Assembly: GCA_000708835.1 (NCBI GenBank)
Contig: DF237332.1
Location: 1-64,000 of the forward strand
DNA from: Klebsormidium nitens
Taxonomy: Eukaryota > Plantae > Klebsormidiophyceae
Reading direction: 5' to 3'
DNA: 64,000 nt
Both the position numbers and the translations under genes were made by a program. The number at the start of each line of letters is the position of its first letter. Position 1 is the first letter of the stretch. Below the pieces are notes generated by a model. The model had not been told where the DNA came from. It made no database searches and saw only the letters and a program-made list of their open reading frames with translations. Of this stretch, positions 11,458 through 24,100 are shown piece after piece.

Positions 11458-14436
11458 TCATTCGTTCCGCGAGCCTCGGCGCTTGGACGACTTCTTCTCA
11501 CTGGCAACGGGCGCCTCTGTATCGATGACCATTAGCTTGTCGCGCCTTCTGACAGCGTTAGCTCACTCAGCAGAGTCCCTGCAACACACGTGATCGATAA
11601 AGACTCAAAACGCGGGTAGGTCGTGACTCATATGTCAGGAGCGAGGAGGAGAGGACCGATTCCACAGAAGGATTGTGGTTGGAGGCACGCTTTGGAATGT
11701 TACCTTTTTCGAAGGATTTCCGGGCTTGGTGAAAGGCATGGTTTGGCTTCTTTTCAACGAAGCCAAGCGACCTGGGTGACCAAGCCACTCTTCTAGGCGT
11801 TGAGCTGATCATCACGACGAATGGTGAGCACACACTACGAAGCCCTTGCAGGAAAAAGCAACCGCTGTTTTTGACTACTCGCCTCACGGAGCTGGAGCAG
11901 GACCCCTCAGAACAGACTGCAAATAGAACGAAGGACACCACTTCAAATCGACGCAACCTTTTTCTGGCGCTCCTCACCTCGACCCCCATCTCGGCAGGTC
12001 CCGGAACCCTTTGCCGGGGGACCCCTTCCCGGGCGGCGACGTCAACTCCTCCACCGTCCTTGCATAACCGCCACGTCCGCCCGGGAACGTCACTTTGGCG
12101 CTGGGCGACGTCGCGTCTGCCACGTGGCCCGGCCGTGGTCGGACGGTAAACGTGCACTCCATGGTCTTGGTCAGCGGGCCACTCTTCACGCGCCACGTGT
12201 CCATGGAGTCGCGGCCGCTGCCACAGCCGGACCCGGGGCTACCCCCCGGGCTGCCGTACCTGGTGCTGGTGGGGCTGAGGGGGCTGCCGTACCTGCACGG
12301 GTTAGGTTTAGAGTTAAGGTTTGGGAGAGATTCGGAGTCATTGAAGTGGGTTAAGAGATGGTCTGCAGGACTTGGTGCTGGTGGGCTGCCGTACCTGCAC
12401 CGGTTAGGTTTAGGGTTAAGGTTTGGAGATCTTTGCACGGTGTCAACAAGATCCGAAGGTAGATGGGTTAAGAAAAGATCTGCCGCTCTTTGTGCTGGTG
12501 GGGCTGAGGGAACCGCCGTACCTGCACGGTGATACATGTTATTTTCAACAAAGGCTTATTAGAAATGTGCGGAACGTTGCAGTGATTCCAGGATAGGTTG
12601 CTGGACTCACGAGGATTTGGACTGTCCCTAGACTTCAACGCAAAGGTTCGCAGGAGCCCAACTCGTTCTTGCTTGGCCCGTTAAGTTTGAAAACGGCTCC
12701 CTCTCTTATCAGGACAGATGCAACCAAAACATCTGACCCGAATGTCAGGTCTGAAGTTTGAACAACAAAAATCACAGATCAGGCTCTGCGGTGTTTGGCC
12801 CGCTTGTTGCTTACGATGCTCGCAATGATTTGCATGGAGCTTACCAGCAAAGCTTTGTCCCTCTGATCGAACTTTGAAACTCGTCTTTGAGCAATCTCGT
12901 GAGCACTTACTGCTCTTGACCACTCTCCTCACCTGCTTCCCATGCTGCCAGCCGACGATACCGCCGCCCTCCTAGATGCGCTTCTTCCCAGGGGGCCCCC
13001 GCCGACCGGCGAACCGACCACCCTTCTTGCGCTGGACGGGCTCACCGACCGGAGCACAGGCGAGACGCTTCTGCTCGGAGAAAAGACGTCGGCCGGAACG
13101 CCGGAATTGGGAAGCTTTTCCGCCAACATTTCTCCCCCGGTGACGACCACCGACAAAGCTCTGGTCGGGCTGCCCGTCCTGCGCGCGAGCAGCGTCCCCT
13201 TGCTAGTTACTGCCGTCGGCCGCCGGCGACACCGCCAAACCCCCTGCATACCACTTCGCCCCTTGTGCGCCGCTTTTCACGAGTTCCGCTCTTTCCCGAC
13301 TCGGTTCTTTTTGCCCGGACGCTTTTCTCCTTCGGCGACAGCGGGTGAACACACCTGGAATCGATCTCAAACAGCTCGGGGGACGATCCGTCGGGCCGGC
13401 GGAGAATCCCCCGAACTCCCGGTTGGAGCTCTCGCTGCTGTCCCTGACGTCAGCCGCCGACGTGGCAGCAAGGGCGGCTGCTACGTGGATCGGGCTCGCC
13501 GCGCTGTCCGCCAGATCGTCATTCGCCATTGCTCCCCTGCGCGCTCCTCTCGCCGGACGTAGAGTTCCGCTGTCCGGACGCCGGATTCCGCTGCCCGAAC
13601 GCGACGCCGTCCAAGACCTTCTCCGGCCAGAACGCGAGCAGCGTCTTCGGCCGCGTGCTCGTCTCCCGCCACTCTGGTTCTCCAGCCGGTGCTGCTCGCG
13701 CTCGCGCGCGAGCGCGTCCTTCAGCGCGGCCGCCTCGGCCTCCAAACCCTTCGCGCCGCCGTGCAGCGTCTGCATCAGGTCCATTGCCAAGATCTGAGAA
13801 TGTCTGGGGCACGAAGAAGTACGATATCTCCGGCCGTCCACTCGCGTACTCACCACACTAAATGAGCATTCCTGATCGTCCATCTATCTGAGAAAAGCAG
13901 AGCTTTCGTGCAAATAAGAACGACGCTCAGACTGTGGATATATTTGGGACATTAAGTAATAAACAGCCGATCAAAATTGCGTGGTTGTCATCTTTTGAGC
14001 ATGGGAACTATTTCAGGATTTAGAAGCAAGCAGAAGTTTGTTCAAAACATAAACAATCTAAAATCTGCAGACAAGAGGCAATCCGTGTAAATTGAGCCGA
14101 TAGTAACCAGAACGAGTGCGGCAAAATGCGGAGATCTACCTGCATCTCCAGCGTGCTGCGCAGGACTGCGATGTCCTCGCGCATATGCGCGGAGTCGTCC
14201 CTCAGTCTGCGCACTCTCCCGCGCAGTTCCGCGGCCTTCGTCTCACAGTCCCCGCGCACTTTTTGCGCCTTTTCCGTATCCTTTTCGGCGACCAGCGCCC
14301 GCTCTTTCCAGCCGTCCAGTTCGCCGGCCAGCGGATCTCCTCCGGGGTCCCGTACGTTCCGCTTGATCCCGGAGGGATCCCCCGACTTGGTCGCCGAGCC
14401 TCTCTTTCCAGATGGACCGGACAGGCCCCCGGCCAT
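11458..14436 (-). pseudogene. Partial tandem duplicate of the 3' exons of the giant gene at 15118-31949
   Basis: Exons and some intron sequence match 15150-18350 (e.g. ELDGWKERALVAEK, SMDTWRVKSGPLTKTMEC, EKKSSKRR). A 1-nt deletion near 13678 (gagaaccagagtgg vs gagaaactagagtgg). TGG>TGA at 11563-11565. Confidence 0.85.
12250..12530 (-). repeat. Tandem acceptor-plus-micro-exon units (YGSP...) in the duplicate copy
   Basis: Three GTGCAG|GTACGGC units (acceptor AG at 12293, 12395 and 12522), each preceded by a CCTAA-rich branch region. Confidence 0.85.
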
Positions 14437-15117
14437 GCATGCAAGCTTGTCATGAAAAGCAATATTGGCCCATTCAAAACTGGGTAAAATGTAACTCACC
14501 GACGGTCACCTTCAAAACCGCAGCACTAATTGTCCATGCTCTTTACGGATGGCATTGGGTGAGGATTGGCGTAACAACACCGCCAGTAACGTACGCATAC
14601 ATGTAGTGCCACCCGATCACAACGTCGGGCTGCTTGAGATGTTGTCACATTGAGCGTATGCGGGTACCACTGAAGTCTCGGTGGATGGCAATTAGAAGTG
14701 ACGTAGGACTTTGCAGGATGCATTTGCGTAACGTTGGACGCTGTGCTAAGTCACGACAAAGTCAACAGCGTCAATCTGGTCACACCAACTCCGATTGCTA
14801 CAGTCCTCAACCAAGTGAGCTGAGCACTCATGACGGGGTATGCAGATAGTTTGCGTCCCTACTAGCTCCGACTTCCGACTTGCAAGTCGCCTCAACCTCA
14901 AAACGGTATCACGGGTTCCTATTCAGTTATTCTGAGTACCTTGCCACCCAGGGCCTTCGCAAGCCTCTCTCCAGTGGTTCATTAAAAGCAGTCCTACAAT
15001 AGAAAACCCGAACACTAATACTAACACTAACACTAACACTGGCACCTGTAACGGATGCGGGTGATGCAAAACGAAATAGCGTCCTGTTTGCCGTGCCTAG
15101 AGCTCTGGCCAAAAGAT

Positions 15118-18100
15118 TTAGCCTTTGGTACTAAAAGCTGTGTGCGTTTTCTTCCTTGAGCTCCGGCGCTTAGACGACTTCTTCTCGCTGACAATGGGCG
15201 CCTCCTTTTCTACGTCCATTGCCACCATCATGTCGCGCCTTTCTACAGCCTTGGCCCATTCAGCGGAGTCCCTGCAATGCACGCAATAAGAACAGCCTTA
15301 GAATTTCGATCGAAGCTGCCAGTCCAGAGCGGGTTAACAAAAGGATCCATCCCACCAGCTCGACTTCACTTAGCTGCTGCTTGTCTTTATAGACTCCGAA
15401 TCTCGCTGAGTAACCAGCTACTAAGAGACAGCTGTTTAGGGCTTAACTTCAACATGTTTCCAGAAGCGTCTCGCAAAGTTGAGTGTCGCTGCACTTCGAT
15501 TCCGTCTCTGTGTTTAAAGAGGGCGTCAGCGGATGCATCCGCATTTAGCGACCCGTAGGCGTGGGTTGCGGCTGTTTGTGTCGCCGCGATCTGCCAAGTC
15601 GAAATCCCGAGCAGCGACAATGAAGCTGCCTTTGCACCTTAGTGGTCGCCAGGAAACCACGTGGGATACCCTTGAAATCCGACGTGCTCTTTAAGAGCAC
15701 GCAATACAAAGCCCTTCCAGAACAAGAGTGTATGAAACCCCTGCTTTGAACTTCTCAGGACAGCAAGTATAGAGCCGTGGACGCTTTCTTCGCCAAATGA
15801 AAACGAACCCACTTCAAGGAATGTGACGGAGCCCTGTTCGGCGCTCCTCACCTCGACCCCCATCTCGGCAGGTCCCGGAACCCTTTGCCGGGGGATCCCT
15901 TCCCGGGCGACGTCAACTCCTCCACCGTCCTTGCATAACCGCCCGGGGACGTCACTTTCACGCCAAATGAAGTCGCTTCTGCCACGTGGCCCGGCCGCGG
16001 CCGGACCGGAGACGCGCACTCCATGGTCTTGGTCAGCGGGCCACTCTTCACGCGCCACGTGTCCATGGAGTCGCGGCCGCTGGCCCAGTCGGACCCAGGA
16101 CTACTCCCCGGGCTGCCGTAATTGGTGCTGGCGGGGCTGAGGGGACTACCGTACCTGCACGGGTTAGGGTTAGGGGTAAGGTTTGGGAATGCTTTGCACG
16201 AGTAATTGAGATGGGTTAAGAAACGGTCTGCCGTCCTTGGTGCTGGCGGGGCTGAGGGGACTCCCGTACCTGCACGGGTTAGGGTTACGGTTTAGGTTTA
16301 GAAAAGCTTTGCACGAGTCATTGCGATGGGTTAAGAGACGGTCTGCAGTACCTGGTGCTGGCGGGGCTGAGGGGACTGCCGTATCTGCACGGGTTAGGCC
16401 CGTACATGGTGAGGATTACTGTCGTGCCTAACCAAAAACTCGTTCTAGATCAGCAAATCGTGAAGAAGTCCAATGATGGCAGATCAGAAAGATGCAAGGA
16501 CTAACTGACCCAAGCGATACGATACCGTTACCCCAAAAAATTGCAGTAGCGAGATCGTCAGGAGCTTAACTTCGTCTCGTGCATGGTCTTGTAACCTCAA
16601 GAACCGCTCCCCTCCTCTAACGACAACGCGAGCAAGACAATTCTCAGCTGAACGCGAGGCGGAATGTCTCAGCCCTAACGGCATGCATCACGCGCTGCTG
16701 TGACGGTCCACTCGATGCTTCGCTGCTAGTGACAACTTAGGAGCACCTTCGCAGAACTGCTCACTTCTTCAAGCCCTCATCCTGGGATAGTATTTCGGAG
16801 CCGACTTTATGAGCACGTTTTTGGTCCTCACCTGTTCCCCATACTGTCGGCAGACGACACCGCCGCCCTCCTCGACGCGCTTCTCCCCAGGATGGCCCCT
16901 CCGACCGGCGAACCGACCCCCCGTCTCGCGCTGGCCGGGCTCACCGACCGGAGCACAGGCGAGACGCTCCTGCTCGAAAAGACGTCAGCCGGAACGCCGG
17001 AACCGGAACGCTTTTCCGCTAGCACTTCATTCCCGGCAACGACCACCGACAGGGCTTTGTTCGGACTGCCGGTCCTGCGCGCGAACAGCGTCCCGTTGCT
17101 AGTCACCGCCGTCGACCGCGCCGCCGCGGCCGCCTCCGACACCGCCAAACCCTTCGCGTACCACTTCGCGTCTTGTGCGCCGCTTTGCACCTCCTCACTT
17201 TTGTCCGACTCGGTACCATTTTCCCGGACGCTTTTCTCCTTCGGGGACAGCGGGTGAACAGACCGGGAATCAATCTCAAACAGCTCGGGGGACTCCGTCG
17301 GACCGGCGGAGAACCCCCCGAACTCGCGGTTGGAGCTCTCGCTGCTGTCCCTGACGTCAGCCGCCGACGTGGCAGCGAGGGCGGCGGCCACGTGGATCGG
17401 GCTCGCCGCGCCGTCCGCCAGATCGTCGTTCGCCATTCCGCCGTTGCTCCCCTGCGCGCTCCGCTCGCCGGACGCCGAGTTCCGCTGCCGGGACGCCGGA
17501 TTCCGCTGCCCGGACGCGACGCCGTCCGACACCTCCTCCGGCCAAAACGCGAGCAGCGTCTTCAGCCGCGCGCTCGTCTCCCGCCACTCTAGTTTCTCCA
17601 GCCGGTGCTGCTCGCGCTCGCGCGCGAGCGCGTCCTTCAGCGCGGCCGCCTCCGCCTCCAAACCCTTCGCCCCTCCGTGCAGCGTCTGCATCAGGTAGAT
17701 TGTTACCATTTGAGAATGCTGAAAAGGGCGTCGGGATTTGCCTGGCGTTAGCCGCTATTTCGATGGCGTCATTACTTCAACGGTTCGATTTTGGACGGCA
17801 GCTTTGTGAGGGTCTCGGCACCGTTCAATCAGCTTTTTTCAGCGTAGAGTTGGCATGACCTACGCCCATTTTTAGAAACGAAAGGTATCATTTCCCGGAC
17901 GTCGGTGCCCACGGTTTACCTATTCCGATTAGCCCATATTTCAGAAACTGAGAAAAGCGGAGCAAAAATATGTCCAGGAATAGAACAGGCTAGACTGTAA
18001 AGACAAGAGGCAATCCGTATCAGTTCAGCCGATAGTAACAAAGAACCAGTGCGACAATATGCGGCGATCTACCTGCATCTCCAGCGTGCTGCGCAGGATC

Positions 18101-21100
18101 GCAATCTCCTCGCGCATCTGCGCGGCGTCGTCGCCCATTCTGCGCACTCTCCCGCGCAGTTCCGCGGCCTCCGCCTCAGATTCACCGCGCACTTTTTGCG
18201 CCTTTTCAGTCTCCTTTTCGGCGACCAGCGCCCGCTCTTTCCAGCCGTCCAGTTCGCCGGCCAGCGTCTCCTCCGGGATCCCGTTCAGCTTGACCCCGGG
18301 GGAATCCCCCGACTTGGTCGCCGAGCCTTTCTTCCCTGGTGAACCGGACGGGAAAAGCGCGCGCGCGACCGGCGACTTTTGTTTCAGGGGCGACGCGTGG
18401 TCCTTGACCGCGGCAGGCGTTTGTTCGTTCTCTACCTTGGCGACACGTGTCAGCTCCTGCTCCGCCCTCTGGGCACGTGCCTGCCACTTGGCCAGGCTGC
18501 GGTGGAGCTCGTGCATCTCTTGGGGGGCATCGCGAGGGGCCTGCAGAGACGGGAGATTTCTTTGACGGCAGTTGCACGAGGTTTAGCAAACCTTCTTTTC
18601 AAACTTTGTTCTTCTCAGACTGCTACTGCATAGGAGGGAAAAGCTCGGAAAGGCTAGCCTTGCAAAAGCTGTTAAGATCTCGGTACTTTTCAGACCTTCA
18701 GCTCGGAGTAGCGGACTACCTTTGCTGACTCCAGAATGCCAGTAAGGGGCAACCAAAGGCAAAGTCATCGACGAACTAGTTCGTGAAAGCAGATAAAGGA
18801 AGGGCGACCGACGGCTGCCACACCAGCATTTCGCAAAGTCTCCAGTTTTCGCGGCTGAAACCTCTGAGTAAGAAGGTCTAGTACACTACCGCGCACCCTC
18901 ACCTTGGGCTTCTCGTTCTCCGCGAGCGCGCTCGCGAGCGTGGCCTTCTCCTCGGCCGCCCGCTCTAGTTCCTTCTGCAGGGAGTCCCGCTGGAGGCGCG
19001 CCTCCTTGATCTGGCTCCGCAGCAAGTGCACCTTGTGCTCCAGGATGGCCGTCTGCGGGAAGCTTATAGGTTCAGGGGTAATGAAAAGGAGTGCGAGGTT
19101 CAAAGTTTCCAAGTGGTTCCTGAGCAGGTGTACCTTGTGCTCCAGGATGGCCGTCTGCGGGAAGCTTATAGGTTCAGGGTTATTACAAAGGAGTGGGAGG
19201 TTCAAAAGTTTCCAAGTGGTTCCTGAGCAGGTGTACCTTGTGCTCCAGGATGGCCGTCTGCGAGGAGATCTACTCCTTTTGGGGGTGTGGCATCTTGGAA
19301 ACTTTGAGGGTGTAAAGCTCTGAATTTCCTCCGCCTGAGAGCGGCGTTGAGGGGAGCGGATCGTGCCGAGACGCTTGCCATCTTGCGTCCAAAGTCGTCG
19401 TCAACGTCAGATTACCGTAGCAGTTAACAAATAAAAGTTAAGCGCCGACGCCTGCTTCCAAGATTCGGCGGTCGCACTGCGTGCATTGAGTTTTTCCTGC
19501 TGCATTCACAGTACTTACTCATTTCCGTGGAGGTCCGCTGAAAGGAAGTCAAGGATTAGAGATTCCAATTAACAAGCTCACCTCGGAGAGGCCTTCCGTG
19601 CCCGTCCCCTTCTCTTCCTTCCTAACGACGGACTTGACACTCTCCTTTCCTGCCGCAGCCAAACCCCTCTTGGTGTCAAGCCCCGGTCCCGCCATTGTCT
19701 CGACGTCTTTCCGCGTCTCAACCGCTTCTCTGCCGACCGATTTCTCAACAAGGACGACCATTTCATCCGGTCCCGCCGCTCTTTCAAAACTTGTTGGGCC
19801 TTGTTGAGTCGCCGTTGACTCATCCTTAGTGCTTAGTGCGTTATGTGGCCCGGCTGCGACGTGCACCAGAACAGGGCCCGCTTCCGTTCCGGTCGACTTC
19901 TCCGCCGTCCCGAGAACGGAGTCCGGCCCCGCTGCGACGTCCGCCAAAACGGGGCCCGGTTCCGTGCAGACTCCTCTCTCCTGCAGCGGAACTCTGTCCG
20001 TGCCAACGGAAACGTCGTGCACACCGAGGCCTTGTTCGGTGTAGGTCGCCTTTTCTGACAGGGAGACTGCCTCCGTGGCAATTGCCACGTGGCGAAGGAC
20101 GGGGCCTGGCTCGGTGGAGACGCCTTTCTCAAGGAAGGATACGGCGTCGGTGGCAACGGACTTGTCGGAACTAGGGATGGGGAGAGGGTCGGAGGCTGTG
20201 TCCGTGAGGCGCGGCGGCTCGGTCGCGACGGCGGCGTCTTGCGTAACGGCCTGGAAATTAGACAGAATGGTTGTTACTTTCCTCGTCGTGAAAATCACCA
20301 TGGAATCCTTGACCATGCGTGCTGAGCATGAGGGAGCTGCAGAGCAAGGGAACGTGCAAACAAGACGGCAAATGGAGAAGACCTTATTCTACCTCTATTT
20401 CGGACGTGACAGTCGATCATCTTGGCTCGCAACAAACTACCTGTTCGCAACGACGTTTATCGTAGATGCAAACGTCCTGGCTGGATATAACTTGGAATCA
20501 AAACAGTCAGCTCCACATTAACCGGAGAGGAAGAGTGCTTCCTTAAAATTCTTGAAGATGGCAGGGCTCCGTGTCTTTTAAGAAAACGAGCGCAGGACTT
20601 ACCTTTTGACCTACGTTTTCTTCCGCGGCCTTGAGCAGCGCAGCCATCGTGTCCATGTCCCGTTCCAGCCCGTCCGAGTAGGTTTGGACGTCCTTTAGCT
20701 CCTGCGTAGACAACAGGAGGATCGTAAGCTTTGGTAATCTTAGCAAGTGCCCATTCGTATGTTGTTGGACATCCTTCAGCTCCTGCGTAAAGACTCGAAG
20801 AAAACTGTAAAATAGAGAAACATTCACCTGCCGGTTTCGAGTATGTTGGGGCGTCGTGCAGCTTCTTTCTCTGAAGATGATCATATCCAAAGACAAAGTG
20901 GACGGGGAGTACCGATCGCTGGAGGCTGCATTTCAAGCAGCCTTGCCAAAGATCCGGAGTGTGTGCAGGAAGCAGAAAGGCTACGAGGAGGTTTCCGCAT
21001 CATTGGAGAGGCGCTTCACCAGATCAAATTTGGGTACAGTAGTCTATCGACAAGCTGATGTTTCAGAGGTACTTTCGTACGATTTTGTTTGCGTGATATT

Positions 21101-24100
21101 TGGACTGCGAAGTTCAAAATAAGGTGCACGGAGCCCCTCACCTTGCGGCTGGCCTTCCACCGCCGCTCGATCGCGCCCTTCTCCGCCTCCAGGCGCTCCT
21201 TGTGCGCGCGCAAGTCCGCGAGCTCCTCCTGGAGCGCGGCCGGCAGATCGCCCAAACCCCCAGACCTCGGGAATGCGGCCGCGGCCGCGTCGGCGCCTTC
21301 TCTCGCCGCTTGGACGGCGTCATTGCTCAGTTTCGAGCCGCGGCGAATGGGGGGCCGTGCAGCTAGGGTGGTCGGGAGGAGAGCCGTCAGAGTCGGCGCG
21401 CTTTGGCTGCCAAACCTGAGCTGGCATTCCCTGTCGAGATTTGCCCTCGCCCCTAGTTTCTGCGCGTCGGAGCGTGTGCGATCCGGTGAAAGTCCTCCCG
21501 CCTCTTTCTGGTGCCAGGCCGCGCCATTTTCGTCTTGGAAGCCCTCCTCCAGCCGGACACGGCGACCCTCGACGGGCGGGGAGGCCCGTTCGGTCGCCGT
21601 AAAAGGGGCCCGGTTGGCGTCCAATGGCTCAAGGGAGGGCCGCCGGCCGATTTGGTTATCGTCACTGGTCCGGACGTCCGGAATCACCGTGCCCCACTCT
21701 TCCTCGCTGTCGAAAATGGGGTTTGAGCTCAGGGTTAGGGTCTCGGTCACCGCTGACACGGCTTCAAAGTCTCTGCTTCCCCGCGCCTTGGAACCGTGGG
21801 TTAACATTTGGGTCAAGGGCAACTCGTCCTCAATTTCCGGGTTACTGGCCTCCAAGCTCGTTCCGGACTCCAAACTGTCCAGACTTGAGGCGCCAGACAG
21901 GTTCGAACTTAGGTTGGCTTGCACTTCCTGGGCCTCGGACACGTCTACCGGGTTTTCCGGCAGGGGCTCCTCGAGCGCGACCTCCTGGGAATTTTTAGGC
22001 AGTGCGATCCCCAGTACAAGCGCTGGATCTCTTGCCACCGTGTCCTTCAGTTCAAGGCTATCCGCGACCCCTTCCGCTTTTCCCGGACTCTCCATGGCCT
22101 GGACTTCGTCTCCGGCCTCTTCTTTTGGCACGCTCCCTTCTCCCTCTGTATCGAGCAAGGCTTCTCCTTCCACCTGCTTTACCCCTCCGAGTAGGTTTTC
22201 CGGAGCCGTGAGTCCGTCCGACTTTGCCAGAGGTTGTACCCTCTCCACTGCAAGCTCTTCCGAAGGAACGTTCCGCTCTTCTTGTGGCGGAGCCAGTTCA
22301 CACCCATGCCTGCCAGACTTAGCGCCGATTTCCTCTCCGATGCCCATTAAACCATCAGACGTTTCCTCTATGCTCGTCTCGCCTGCCGGCCCAACGTGCG
22401 GACCCGTCTCCGTTGCCACGACAAGCTCAGCCGCCTCGCCCCGTGCCTTTTCTCCGTCACCCTTAGCTGGCATCATGTCACGTGCGCCTACATCCCCGCA
22501 GACCTCCACCGGGCTGACGTCAGCAGCTTCTGCCACGGTTGGCTCTCCAGTCAGCGTGCCGCGCTCGGCCGCGGCCGGCACAGTGGCCGCCACCAGAATT
22601 TGGGGGTTTACGACGGCATTGGCCGACACTCCCGTGGGCGCGTCCGAAGCAGTGACGTCAGCAGAAAGTGCGACACCGATCAAATCCGCCTCGGGCGCAT
22701 CTTCTTCGCTGCCCACGTCAGCCCTTCCCGGCGACCCGAGGACCGTCTTCACTTCCGCGATCACCGCCTGCATCTGCTCCTCCATAGCCTCGTCGCTAAC
22801 CCTTTGGTCAAAGCCGGGGTTTGCGCTGAACCCTCCGCTGACGTCATCCCCCACTGCCTCGACTTTTTGAGACTTGGACCCCTTTAGCCAGGCACGTGCC
22901 GTGCTGAAGAAGCCCCCCTTGTTGCTCCGGGTGGTTCTGACCTCCGCAGCAACCGCGACTGCTGCCGGAGCATCGCTGCCAGATGTTCCGCCGGAATCTG
23001 CGGAAGGCTGTCCGGAAGCGGAACCGTCTGTGCCGGCGTTCGGTTGCGTCACCCCCCCGGGCGACCCAGGCTCGACAGGATCCAATGCAGTTTCGGCAGC
23101 CGCCAAAGGGAGCCCACCTTCAGGACCGGCTTTCTCGTCGCCCACATCCGTCCCGAGGGGCTCCATTTCCTGCTTCTCCGGCCCCCCTACACCGAGAAGA
23201 TCCTCTTCTTCCTGGCCGGTCTCCGTCTTAAGAAGCTCCGACTCGGGGCAGTGACGCTCGGGGGTTGAACTTTCTTCATTAAGTTCGACGGCGACCGGTA
23301 ACTCGGCTACAGGCCCCGTTTTGGCGGGCGAATTCGCTTCCTCGGGCGAAAGGGGAGGTCTCCCGGGAGACGAGCGTGGCGACGGGGCCTCAGATGGCGC
23401 GTCGAAGTCGCGGATGAACTCGTCCCACTTTTGCGCGAGGATCAGTTGGACCTGATTGGGAGCAAAACCGCCGTTAGCAGTAGAAAAAGCGAGGTTGCTG
23501 GTTGAAGACAAACTGTCCCATGTGAGCCTGTCAGGAACAAGAAATTTCGCATACGAGAGAGGGGAGAGGCCTGGTGCAGATAAAACCAACCGTGGGCCAG
23601 AGTCCTCGACATTCTGATCTCAGGACTTTCGTACTGACCTGACAGATTGATAGGACAAAATTAGCCATGTTGCAACTCAAGTGTATTTCCGTTTGCGGCA
23701 GGCCTTTTCAAAACAAGTTTGTGAGCGCGTAGCTGCTCAATGTAAATCCTATCAGAGTCGTACGCTGCATATATAGGGCCAGGTAAGACAAGGAATCCAG
23801 ACTGCAAACGGGCTGATCTTTTGTTGTAAACCGATTTTGTACACGACCGGGATTGTGTTTTCGTAATCTGACAACTTACAACAGTTCCACACTGCCGTCA
23901 TCCAAGCCCATACCCACGTCACCCCCTTGGGATTAGCGGGAACACGGTCCCAAAAACTAGTTCGGAGTGTAATCTAGCCCCACCTGTTCCTTCACCACAG
24001 GCGTGGGGCCCCACCGGTCCACGGCGGCCGCAATCTCCGAGCGTGCCCCGTCAAACCCTGCCGTCAGCCCGACGTCATCATGCGCACGTCGTCCCTCTTC

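Noticed and set aside
12296-12425. TTAGGG/TTTAGG-like runs suggesting interstitial telomere repeats (also 16160-16300)
   Set aside because: Only a few degenerate units, located just upstream of acceptors on the minus strand where CTAAC branch-point-like sequence is expected, and multiplied by the tandem duplication
15013-15040. (CTAACA)n microsatellite
   Set aside because: Only about four units in a 3' UTR region; ordinary
16100-16396. Repeat-spacer look resembling a CRISPR array
   Set aside because: Eukaryotic gene context; the 'spacers' are homologous to each other (introns); no cas genes
21089-22870. Long antisense ORFs (593 aa here; also 30657-31922, 51784-52761, 16892-17257, 48588-49034)
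   Set aside because: Shadows of GC-rich or coding sequence on the opposite strand; no domains or splice support
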